Source of the DNA: Actinomycetota bacterium
GTDB lineage: Bacteria; Actinomycetota; UBA4738; JACQTL01
Reading direction: 5' to 3'
NCBI GenBank assembly: GCA_036394995.1
Contig: DASWED010000111.1
Coordinates: 72,330-136,329, forward strand
DNA length: 64,000 nt
Shown one piece after another: positions 17,119 to 25,383 of this stretch. The notes beneath the pieces were generated by a model that did not search any database, had not been told where the DNA came from, and saw only the letters and a program-made list of their open reading frames with translations. The number at the start of each line of letters is the position of its first letter. Within the stretch, counting starts at the first letter, position 1. Position numbers and translations under genes: made by a program.

Positions 17119-18299
17119 GGGGCCGGAGAGCCCTCCTCGCGAGAGGCGGCCCGGGCCAGGAGCCGGTCCCGGAGCGGGCCCTCCGCCGCGGCGTCGATCG
17201 CGGTCCAGGCCATGGCCACGGCGCCGTCGATCGCGGCGCGGTCCGCCGACGGCGTGGCGCAGGCCGCGGCGAACTCCGGCTGGTGGTTCACCGCGCCGGC
17301 CGCGTCCACCGCCAGGGCCGGGTGGATCGACGGGACCACGTGCGAGACGTTCCCCATGTCGGTGGAGACCGTGGCCCGCTGCAGGATCTCGCCGAGGTCG
17401 GGGAACACCCGCCCCACCGTCTCCGCGTTGCGCCGGTACGCCTCCACCAGGCCGGGGTCGTGGCGCATCTCCGCGTACGGGGGGTACCGCGTGACGTCGA
17501 GGGTGGCGCCGGTGGCCAGGGCCCCGGCTTCGAAGCACCGCAGCACCCTCGGCAGGAGGTCCTCGAGCTCCCTCAACGTCGTGGCCCGGGCCATCCACCT
17601 GCCGGCGGTGTCGGCGGGGACCACGTTCTCCGCGTCGCCGCCCTTCGTCACGATCCCGTGGATCCGGTCCGTCGACCGGATGTGCTGGCGGAGGAGCCCG
17701 ATCGCGGTCTGGGCGATGACCAGCGCGTCGGCGGCGTTCACGCCGAGCTCCGGGAACGCGGACGCGTGCGCCTCCTTCCCCGTGTAGCGGAGGTCGAACG
17801 ACGTGGCCGCGATGATCGGGAACTGGGGCGCCTCGAACGGCGTGGGGTGGATCATCATCGCCGCGTGCGCGCCGTCGAACACGCCGTGCTCCAGCAGGAC
17901 GATCTTCCCTCCGCCCCCCTCCTCGGCCGGGGTCCCGATCACGGTCACGGTGAGGCCGGCATCGTCGGCCACCCCGGCCAGCGCGGCTCCTGCGCCGACG
18001 GCGGCCGCGGCGATCACGTTGTGGCCGCACGCGTGGCCGATCCCCGCCAGCGCGTCGTACTCGGCGCAGATCGCCACGTGCAGGGGCCCGGATCCGGCCC
18101 GGGCCGCGAACGCCGTGGACAGCCCGGCCACGCCGCGCTCCACCTCCAACCCGGCCTCGTCGAGGGCCTCGCACAACCACGCGGCGGCCCGCTCCTCCTG
18201 GTACCCGAGCTCGGGGTTCGCATGGATCCGGTGCGACAGATCGAGCAGGGAGTCGCGGGCCGCCTCCACCCGCTCCCGCGCGGCCTCCTTCAGGGTCAC
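17115..18299 (-). CDS. M20-family amidohydrolase/peptidase (M20D, aminoacylase/hippurate-hydrolase-like)
   Basis: 394 aa. LSHRIHANPELGYQE, AICAEYDALAGIGHACGHN and GTPAEEGGGGK are the metal-binding signatures of M20D enzymes. Confidence 0.85.
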   Translation of the reverse strand: MTLKEAARERVEAARDSLLDLSHRIHANPELGYQEERAAAWLCEALDEAGLEVERGVAGLSTAFAARAGSGPLHVAICAEYDALAGIGHACGHNVIAAAAVGAGAALAGVADDAGLTVTVIGTPAEEGGGGKIVLLEHGVFDGAHAAMMIHPTPFEAPQFPIIAATSFDLRYTGKEAHASAFPELGVNAADALVIAQTAIGLLRQHIRSTDRIHGIVTKGGDAENVVPADTAGRWMARATTLRELEDLLPRVLRCFEAGALATGATLDVTRYPPYAEMRHDPGLVEAYRRNAETVGRVFPDLGEILQRATVSTDMGNVSHVVPSIHPALAVDAAGAVNHQPEFAAACATPSADRAAIDGAVAMAWTAIDAAAEGPLRDRLLARAASREEGSPAP

Positions 18300-19201
18300 C
18301 GTGCATCCTCGGGGCCGAGCGGGGCGAGGGCCTGGAGGAAGTCCGGGTCGTTCGGGCCGAGGCCCGCCTCAGCGGACCGCCACAGGTAGGCCCCCCACCT
18401 CGGGTTCACGGTCCGGATGCGGTCGAGCTCCTCGCGGGCCTCGAGGGGCCGTCCGTTGGGTGCCAGCATGACGGCGCGGAAGAAGGCGACGAGGTCGTCG
18501 TCGGGGGCGAGCTCCGCCGCGCGATCGAACTCCACGAGGGCCTCCGGGAACGACATCTCCCCGGCCAGGTCCAGTCCGGTGCCCACGTGTTCGAACGCCC
18601 GGGCCAGCACCAGGAGCCGGTCCAGCTCTCCCACGGGGTCCCGGTGGTCCTCGATCCGAAGGTCGAACCGACGCGTCCAGGGGTCGCCCGCGGCGGGCAC
18701 GACCAGGAGCGCGGCGGACTGCCGGCCGCGCATGTCGCCTCCCTCGCCCTCGGCGGCCCTCAGCGCGGCCATCAGCCGGTCGGCCAGATCCCCGGTCGCC
18801 GAGGCGTAGGCCTCCAGCATCGCCCCCCACACGGTGTCCCGTTCCATCATGTTGGCCTGGGCGGAGGCCGCATCGCCGGTGACGCTTCCTGCCGCCCGCA
18901 CGCACCCGTTTCCGGTGTGCACGGCCACGCCGCCCGACGCGTCCACCATGGCCACCTGCCGCATGCGCTCCCCGTCGTCCTCGGCGACGAGCCGGGAAAG
19001 GGCATCCGCCGCGGAGGCGCCGTCCCGCATGAGCGCCAGGCCCTTCGGCCCGTAGCTGATCTCGGCGAACGACTGCGTGGCCACGGCGCCCACGCCCGGC
19101 TCGGCCCACGGGACCACGGACCCGACCCCGAAGTACCGGGTCTGCACGGCCACCCCCAGCTCTCCGGTCTCCCGGTCCCGCGCCACGATCGAATAGGTCA
19201 T
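18296..19201 (-). CDS. DUF1028 (Ntn-hydrolase-like) protein with C-terminal helical repeat extension
   Basis: The MTYSIVARDRETGELGVAVQT N-terminus (Thr2 after Met), AVATQSF and ANMM are typical DUF1028 patterns. The C-terminal ~100 aa is helical and TPR-like. Confidence 0.75.
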   Translation of the reverse strand: MTYSIVARDRETGELGVAVQTRYFGVGSVVPWAEPGVGAVATQSFAEISYGPKGLALMRDGASAADALSRLVAEDDGERMRQVAMVDASGGVAVHTGNGCVRAAGSVTGDAASAQANMMERDTVWGAMLEAYASATGDLADRLMAALRAAEGEGGDMRGRQSAALLVVPAAGDPWTRRFDLRIEDHRDPVGELDRLLVLARAFEHVGTGLDLAGEMSFPEALVEFDRAAELAPDDDLVAFFRAVMLAPNGRPLEAREELDRIRTVNPRWGAYLWRSAEAGLGPNDPDFLQALAPLGPEDAR

Positions 19202-19662
19202 GCCCCGTCCTCCCCGCGGGCGTCGGTGGCCCCTTCGACCAGCTCCACCAGCACGCCGGCGAACCCCCTGGGATGCGCGAACGCCACCGTCGTTCCCCTG
19301 GAGCCCCGCCGTGGATGCTGGTCGGCCAGCTGTACGCCGTGCTCCCGGAGGTGCTCCAGCGCCGCGGCCACGTCGCGAACCCGGTACCCGACGTGGTGCA
19401 GTCCCTGGCCCCGGCGCTCCAGGAACCGGCCCACCGGCGTGTCCGGCCCTGTCGGGGCCAGCAGCTGGACGAACGAGCCGCCCACGGCGAACAGGGCCTC
19501 GTCCACGCCGTCGGACTCGATGGTCTCCCGGTGGACGGGTTCGGCTCCCAGCACCATCCGGTAGTGCGCGATGGCCTCGTCGAGGTCGCGGACGGCGATC
19601 CCGACGTGGTCGATGTCGGTGGCACCGATGCCGAGCCCCGCCAGCGTCTCTCCCCGTCTCAT
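19198..19662 (-). CDS. mce: methylmalonyl-CoA (ethylmalonyl-CoA) epimerase
   Basis: 154 aa from the internal ATG at 19662. IDHVGIAVRDLDEAIAHYRMVLG, VQLLAPTGPDTPVGRFLERRGQGLHHVGYRVRDV and FAHPRGFAGVLVELVE. This is the VOC-fold epimerase pattern. Confidence 0.85.
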   Translation of the reverse strand: MRRGETLAGLGIGATDIDHVGIAVRDLDEAIAHYRMVLGAEPVHRETIESDGVDEALFAVGGSFVQLLAPTGPDTPVGRFLERRGQGLHHVGYRVRDVAAALEHLREHGVQLADQHPRRGSRGTTVAFAHPRGFAGVLVELVEGATDARGEDGA

Positions 19663-20075
19663 GTGCCGTCCTCCATCGGCGGGCTCAGGGCTCCGGGCCG
19701 CCGGCGGCCCCTGGTCGGCTCGGGCTGGAGCCGGGCCACCAGGTCGAGGGCCTCGGTCACGTGGTATGCGGGCAGCGACAGAGCCTGGACCATGGCCGCC
19801 ACGGCCTGGTACCGGAGGGCCTGCCGATCGGTGTCGGCGGGGCTGTCGCGGGCCCGGAACGCGTAGAACTCCACCAGCTCCATGAACTGCTTCAGCGAGG
19901 GGACGAGCCCGCCCCGTTCGTACGCGTAGATGGTCTGCTGGGCAGCCGGACATCCCGGCCGGGCGGCGGCGTCACGCACGGCCCGGTATCCCGCGGCACG
20001 CCGGAGGCCGCGCAGCAACCCGCCGATCGTCTCGGCGGTGGCCCGGTCCACCGGTTCCAGCTTCTTCCTGGCCAA
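19659..20075 (-). CDS. XRE-like HTH transcriptional regulator
   Basis: 138 aa with a TTG start. HTH segment LRRAAGYRAVRDAAARPGCPAAQQTIYAYERGGLVPS. First gene of a chain of genes with 4-nt overlaps. Confidence 0.5.
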   Translation of the reverse strand: MARKKLEPVDRATAETIGGLLRGLRRAAGYRAVRDAAARPGCPAAQQTIYAYERGGLVPSLKQFMELVEFYAFRARDSPADTDRQALRYQAVAAMVQALSLPAYHVTEALDLVARLQPEPTRGRRRPGALSPPMEDGT

Positions 20076-20088
20076 CCCGACGTCCTCG

Positions 20089-20102
20089 CGAGTCGCGACT
20101 CG
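20089..20102. promoter_or_regulatory. perfect 14-bp palindrome CGAGTCGCGACTCG just upstream of the XRE-like gene
   Basis: Read directly from the sequence, 14 nt upstream of the TTG start at 20075. Candidate autoregulatory operator. Chance occurrence in GC-rich DNA is not excluded. Confidence 0.2.
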
Positions 20103-20326
20103 ACAGCCGCTCGGGGCAGCACGATAGCCGGTGGTCCCGACCGCGGCATCGCACCTGCGCGGAGCCTCGACGCGGGATCACCCGCCCGTGGCCGAAGGCA
20201 TCCCCCGGGACGGGGAACCGATCCCCTGGCAGGGGCCGATCGGACCGCCTTTCGCGCCGAATGGCCGATGTTCGGCCGGAGCGTGGTGGGTAGGCTTCTG
20301 CCACCGCGAATGCGAGGGGGGGCGCC

Positions 20327-22180
20327 GTGTCGTCGAAGATTTCCGGGAGGAACGAGAGCTTGACCGCAGCCGACGGCTCGGCCATCCTCCGGGCGGGGCG
20401 GGCCGACGTCGCCAGGGCGCGCCTGCGCACCTGGCGCCGCCGGGTCATCCGCCTGGTGACCCTGTTCGTCCTGGTGGACGGGTACCTGTGGTACCGGTTC
20501 GCGACGAAGGACTGGCTGTCCCCGACGATCCCGTCGTGGGTGGGGGACTACCTCCCGGCGATCATCCTCATCGTGCTCCTCGGGACCAGCACGGTGGTGC
20601 CGTTCCTGCTGCTGTCGCGCTCCCCGCACATCCTCATCCGGCCCCAGGACATCGAGATCGGGCTGGACAAGCTGGTCGGCCTCGACCCCCAGGTCCAGGA
20701 GGTCCAGCACACGCTCGACGTCTTCCTGGGGTATGCCACGTTCCGCGACCAGCTCGGAGGGAACCCCCGCCGGGGCATCCTGTTCGAGGGGCCGCCGGGG
20801 ACCGGCAAGACGTACATGGCCAAGGCCCTGGCCAAGCAGGCGGGGGTGCCATTCCTGTTCGTGTCGTCGCCGGCGTTCCAGTCGCAGTTCTACGGCATGA
20901 CCGGCGTGCGGATCCGGGCCTTCTTCAAGGCCCTCCGCAAGGCCGCTCGCAGGGAAGGTGGGGCGGTCGGGTTCATCGAGGAGATCGACGCGATCGGCGC
21001 GAGCCGGGGCTCCGTGTCCATGGCCCCCGCGCCGCAGCAGCGGGGCGCGCTCAGCGTGTCCCGCTTCTCGAGCGGGAGCGGCGGGACCCTGAACGAGCTG
21101 CTGATCCAGATGCAGTCGTTCGACCAGGCGCCGTTCGGCAAGCGCGTGCGCAACCGGATCATCGAGTGGATCAACGGGTACCTGCCCGAGGGCAAGCGGA
21201 TCAGCACGAAAAAGCTCGAGTACTCGAACATCATGGTCATCGCCGCGACGAACCGGGCCGATGACCTCGACGTCGCGCTGCTCCGCCCGGGTCGGTTCGA
21301 CCGCCGGCTGTACTTCGACCTCCCGACGAAGCAGGGCCGCCGGGACCTCATCGACTTCTTCATGGACCGCAAGTCCCACCACCAGCAGCTCGACAACGAC
21401 GGTGTCCGCGACCGCCTGGCCCACGACACGCTGGGGTACACGCCGGTCATGATCGAGCACCTCTTCGACGAGGCCCTGCTGGTGGCCCTGCGGGGCGGAC
21501 GCCGGGCCATGAACCTGGAGGACGTGTACGAGGCCCGGATCACCGAGGAGGTCGGCCTCCGCCAGCCCGTCACCTACACGGACGAGGAGCGCCGGGCCGT
21601 GGCCACGCACGAGGCCGGCCACGCCACGGTGGCGTACTTCCTCGGGATCGGCCGGCGGCTGGAGGTCCTTTCGATCATCAAGCGGAGCGGGTCGCTGGGG
21701 ATGCTGGCGCACGGCGACACCGAGGAGCGGTTCACGCGATCCCGGAGCGAGCTGGACGCCACGGTGGCCATCGCGCTCGGCGGGCTGGTCTCGGAGGAGA
21801 CCTTCCTTGGCGAGAGCGGGACCGGCCCGGCGAACGACCTGGCCAAGGCCACGGAGGTGGCGGCGAGCATGGTCGGCGCGCTGGGCATGGCCGGCACACT
21901 GGTGTCGTACGAGGCCATGAACGACGGTCCGATCAACGCGTCGAACCTCGTGTCGAAGGTGCTCGGCGACCCCGAGGGAATGCGACGGGTGGAGGACATC
22001 CTGGACCGCCAGAAGGAGCGTGTCGCCGCCCTGCTCGAGGAGAACGCGGACGTGGTCTTCGCGCTCCGCGACGCCCTCATCGCCCGCGACGAGCTGGTCG
22101 GCGAGGCTATCGCCGCGGTCATCGACGGGGCCCTGGCCCGGCGCGCCGGACAGCCCGCCCCCGCGCCGTTCACCCGCTGA
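20327..22180 (+). CDS. divergent FtsH-like membrane AAA+ / M41 zinc metalloprotease
   Basis: Two TM helices with a short loop. Walker A GPPGTGKTYMAKALA, Walker B GFIEEIDAIG, LLRPGRFDRRLYF and zinc site HEAGHATVAY. Carries a ~35-aa insertion in the AAA module relative to canonical FtsH. Confidence 0.85.
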   Translation: MSSKISGRNESLTAADGSAILRAGRADVARARLRTWRRRVIRLVTLFVLVDGYLWYRFATKDWLSPTIPSWVGDYLPAIILIVLLGTSTVVPFLLLSRSPHILIRPQDIEIGLDKLVGLDPQVQEVQHTLDVFLGYATFRDQLGGNPRRGILFEGPPGTGKTYMAKALAKQAGVPFLFVSSPAFQSQFYGMTGVRIRAFFKALRKAARREGGAVGFIEEIDAIGASRGSVSMAPAPQQRGALSVSRFSSGSGGTLNELLIQMQSFDQAPFGKRVRNRIIEWINGYLPEGKRISTKKLEYSNIMVIAATNRADDLDVALLRPGRFDRRLYFDLPTKQGRRDLIDFFMDRKSHHQQLDNDGVRDRLAHDTLGYTPVMIEHLFDEALLVALRGGRRAMNLEDVYEARITEEVGLRQPVTYTDEERRAVATHEAGHATVAYFLGIGRRLEVLSIIKRSGSLGMLAHGDTEERFTRSRSELDATVAIALGGLVSEETFLGESGTGPANDLAKATEVAASMVGALGMAGTLVSYEAMNDGPINASNLVSKVLGDPEGMRRVEDILDRQKERVAALLEENADVVFALRDALIARDELVGEAIAAVIDGALARRAGQPAPAPFTR

Positions 22181-22193
22181 TCCCCTCGGGGCG

Positions 22194-25100
22194 CTACGCC
22201 GGGACCTGCGAGTCGAACGACCCCAGGTACTGATCCCGTTCGGCGGGAGTGAGCTCCCGGGTCACGCGGGCGCCGGCCAGCCCCACGAGGTCCCCGTACG
22301 GGAGGAACGACTCGACCGGCCACACCTTCGCCGTCCCGTCCTCGCTCGTCGTGACCAGCAGGCGGCCGTCGGGGCTGAACGTCGCGTCGTTCAGCCGACC
22401 GTTCTGGCCCCGGAGCACCGTGGACAGCGTTCCGCTCGGGACCTCCCACACCCGGGCGGTCCGGTCCCAGCTGGCGCTCACCAGGAGCCTCCCGTCCGAG
22501 CTGAACACGATCCCGGTCACGAAGTCGGTGTGGCCGCGGAGCGTGGAGAGGAGGTCGCCGTCGGGGACCGACCACAGCCGCACGGTCGGCCCGGATGCCG
22601 TCGCCACCACCGAGCCGTCCGGCGAGAATGCCCCGAGCACGTCGGTGAGGAACTCGTATCGCTTCCCGGCGGGCACCGGGTTGGCCATTCGGGCCACCTC
22701 GTCCCCCGACTCCGCGTCCAGCAGCGCCGCCATCTGGTCGCCCGTGGCCAGGACCAACCGGCCATCTGGGCTGAAGATCGCGCGCCCGTGCCCGAATGGC
22801 TGCCCCGGGACGTCGGTCCGGATGACGCGTTCCGGGAGGTCGCCCGAGCTCCCGTACAGCCGAACGATCTCGACGTCATGCCCCGGGACCTCGGTCACGA
22901 CCCGTCCCCGGGGCCCGGGCTGGGCGCTGATGAGATCGGGGAATTGCCCCGGCGCCCCCGGTCCCAGGGTGCGCAGCCGCCTTCCTGTGCCCGCGTCCCA
23001 CAGGGTGGCGGTGGCGTTCGAACCGGCCAGGAGCAGGTGTCCTTCGGCGTCGAACGCGATGTCGTTGAAGTAGCTGAAGAGCGGCCCCCCCGGCTCCCGG
23101 TGGAAGATCAGGCGGCCGGTGCGGAGGTCCCAGACGTCGGCGAACGCCTCCATGCGACCGAGGGCCGCGCCCACCAGATGCCCGTTCGGGCTCATCGCCA
23201 GGACCTGGGGCCCGACGTGGCAGCACAGGGTCCGTTCGAGATGACCGGTCAGCGCGTCCCATTCGCCGAGGCGCTGGCTTTCCTGGCCGGTACCGGTCAC
23301 GATGAGGCGTCCGTCCGGCGTGAACACTGCCGGGAACACCGGCCCGCCGCCGGACGACAGCGTGAGCCCTCCGGGCGGGGATTCCACGTCCCAGACGCGG
23401 GCCGTGCCGTCGCCGCTCCCGGTGACCACCGAGCGGCCGTCGGGGCCGAATCGCGCGTCGAAGACCCAGTCCGTGTCCCCCCGCAGGACGAAGATCTGCT
23501 TGCCCGTGGCAACCGACCAGACGCGCGCCGTGTGATCGACGCTCGCCGTCACGACCAGCCGGCCGTCGGGGCTGAACCGTGCGGACAGCACCGGCCCGCC
23601 GTGGCCGCGAAGCGTGGCGACCACCCGCCTCGCCCTCACGTCCCAGACGTGGGACAGCCCGTCGTCCTCGGCGGTGACCAGGAGCTTCCCGTCGCGGCTC
23701 CACTCGGCCTCCAGGGGAAAACTCCCGGATGCCCGCAGCGTCGCCAGCAGCTTCCCGTTGGCGACGCTCCACACGGTCACGGTCCGACCCGAGGTCACGG
23801 CGATCCGCTGCCCGTCGGGGCTGAACCGTGCACTGACGGCCGGGTTCGGTGGCAGGACGTTGAGGAGCCGCCCGGTCAGCGCGTCGAAGATTCCCACCCG
23901 GCCCTCAGAGCTCACCAGGATGTGCCGGGCGCCCGACACGAAGAACCCGGGCGACACGGCCACGAGCCGGCCGTCCGGGCTGAACGTCGCGAACTCCGCG
24001 TCGCGTCCTCCCGTGCCGAAGTCCGCGACCCGACGGCCTGACAGCGCATCCCAGACGCCGGACCCCGTGGCCAGCCGCCGGCCGTCGGGGCTGAAGGCGA
24101 ACTCGTACGGGGCGCTCGGCTGGGGGATCGTGGCGATGGCCGCTCCGGTAGCGGCGTCCCACACCCGGACGCCGCTTTCGAGCAGGCCGCCTGCCGTGGC
24201 CACGAGTTTCCCGTCGGGTGAGAACTCGACATCGTTGACCTGCTCGCCCTCGTTCGAAAGGGTTGCGATGACGTCCCCGGTGTTCGGATCCCACAGGCGG
24301 GCGGTGCCGTCCCAGCTCGCCGTGGCCACCTCGGTCCCGTCCGGGCTGAACGTGGCGCGGTCGACGACGTCCGTGTGGGCCCGAAGGACCGCCGACAGAC
24401 TCGACCCGAGCAGCGCCCGGCGGAGGGCGTCCTGGGCCTCCCGGGTGCCGGCGATCTCCCCCGCGGCCCTGGCCAGGAGGAGGGACAGCTCGGGATCGAC
24501 CTGGAGGAGATTGATGGCATCGGCGGCCAGCTCCCCCGACTTCGCCTCCGCGGCACGCTGCTCGGCCACGGCACGCTGGCGCTGCGCCTCCTTCCGCTGC
24601 CGATCGGCCTCCGCCTTCCTGCGCTCGGCGACGGCTTGCTGGTGCTCCGCATTCTTCTGGGCCGCCCGGGCCACCTCCTTCTCGTGGAGGGCCCGGCCCC
24701 GCTGCACGAGCGCGAACGCCGCGAGGATCACCGCCACCACGAGGGCCACGGACACCGCGCCCACGGTGACCCGCTGCCGGCGGGCCGACGCCCGGCGGCT
24801 GGCGTACACGTACTCGGTCTGGAGCTGGGTGGGCCGCGGAGACTTCTCCGCGGAAACGGCCAGGCTCCGCTCGGCGTCGTCCAGGTCGCTTCCCCGCAGG
24901 AGGAAGCTCCGGTCCCGGCGCCGCCGATCCCATTCCGTGGCCCGGACCTGCAGCCGGGTGTGCGTTCGGACCCACTCCAGGTCGGTCTCGAGGGCCTCGG
25001 TCAGCCGACGGAACGCCTCGTCGAAGTCGTCCTGCTCCCGGAACGAGATCCAGTTGTGGGCGGCCACGGCATCGGGAAGGGACTCCGGCGCGACCTCCTC

Positions 25101-25370
25101 CCGGAGCAGCGGGACCAGCCGGGTGTTCGTATCCAGGGCGACGCGGAGCTCCTCCGCGCACACCCTGGAGGCAACGGACGCCGGGCTGACGACGAACAGG
25201 AACCCGTCGGCCTCCACGATGGCCCGGCGGATCTCCTCCATCCACTGGGCGGTCGGCGGGATCCCCACCCAGTCCACCCAGGCGTCTCGCCCTCCCGCCT
25301 CCAGCGCCGCGTGGAGACGCCGGACGAACGGCTGGTCCTCTCGGGCGTAGGAGATGAAGACGTCCGGCAT
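22194..25370 (-). CDS. TIR domain - single TM - coiled coil - multi-blade WD40 repeat protein
   Basis: 1058 aa from the ATG at 25370. TIR: MPDVFISYAREDQPFVRRLHAAL...FLFVVSPASVASRVCAEEL. Stop-transfer SRRASARRQR plus TM VTVGAVSVALVVAVILAAFALV (24705..24770). A Lys/Arg/Glu/Ala coiled coil follows, then ~15 WD40 units (FSPDG...ASWDGTARLWD type). The upstream 77 codons of ORF 22194..25601 are Arg/Pro junk. Confidence 0.9.
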   Translation of the reverse strand: MPDVFISYAREDQPFVRRLHAALEAGGRDAWVDWVGIPPTAQWMEEIRRAIVEADGFLFVVSPASVASRVCAEELRVALDTNTRLVPLLREEVAPESLPDAVAAHNWISFREQDDFDEAFRRLTEALETDLEWVRTHTRLQVRATEWDRRRRDRSFLLRGSDLDDAERSLAVSAEKSPRPTQLQTEYVYASRRASARRQRVTVGAVSVALVVAVILAAFALVQRGRALHEKEVARAAQKNAEHQQAVAERRKAEADRQRKEAQRQRAVAEQRAAEAKSGELAADAINLLQVDPELSLLLARAAGEIAGTREAQDALRRALLGSSLSAVLRAHTDVVDRATFSPDGTEVATASWDGTARLWDPNTGDVIATLSNEGEQVNDVEFSPDGKLVATAGGLLESGVRVWDAATGAAIATIPQPSAPYEFAFSPDGRRLATGSGVWDALSGRRVADFGTGGRDAEFATFSPDGRLVAVSPGFFVSGARHILVSSEGRVGIFDALTGRLLNVLPPNPAVSARFSPDGQRIAVTSGRTVTVWSVANGKLLATLRASGSFPLEAEWSRDGKLLVTAEDDGLSHVWDVRARRVVATLRGHGGPVLSARFSPDGRLVVTASVDHTARVWSVATGKQIFVLRGDTDWVFDARFGPDGRSVVTGSGDGTARVWDVESPPGGLTLSSGGGPVFPAVFTPDGRLIVTGTGQESQRLGEWDALTGHLERTLCCHVGPQVLAMSPNGHLVGAALGRMEAFADVWDLRTGRLIFHREPGGPLFSYFNDIAFDAEGHLLLAGSNATATLWDAGTGRRLRTLGPGAPGQFPDLISAQPGPRGRVVTEVPGHDVEIVRLYGSSGDLPERVIRTDVPGQPFGHGRAIFSPDGRLVLATGDQMAALLDAESGDEVARMANPVPAGKRYEFLTDVLGAFSPDGSVVATASGPTVRLWSVPDGDLLSTLRGHTDFVTGIVFSSDGRLLVSASWDRTARVWEVPSGTLSTVLRGQNGRLNDATFSPDGRLLVTTSEDGTAKVWPVESFLPYGDLVGLAGARVTRELTPAERDQYLGSFDSQVPA

Positions 25371-25383
25371 GCTCCGCCCCGCT

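Noticed and set aside
16048-18306. Single 752-aa ORF that could be read as one fusion protein.
   Set aside because: The N-terminal ~395 codons are an out-of-frame shadow of the M20 amidohydrolase gene (17115..18299). Real phosphotransferase sequence begins at the internal ATG at 17118, which overlaps the M20 stop.
22194-24400. Periodic ~125-bp repetition in the DNA that might suggest a tandem repeat or CRISPR-like array.
   Set aside because: The periodicity is the coding repeat of the WD40 blades (about 42 aa each). The units are diverged, have no spacer/repeat alternation, and lie inside one continuous ORF.
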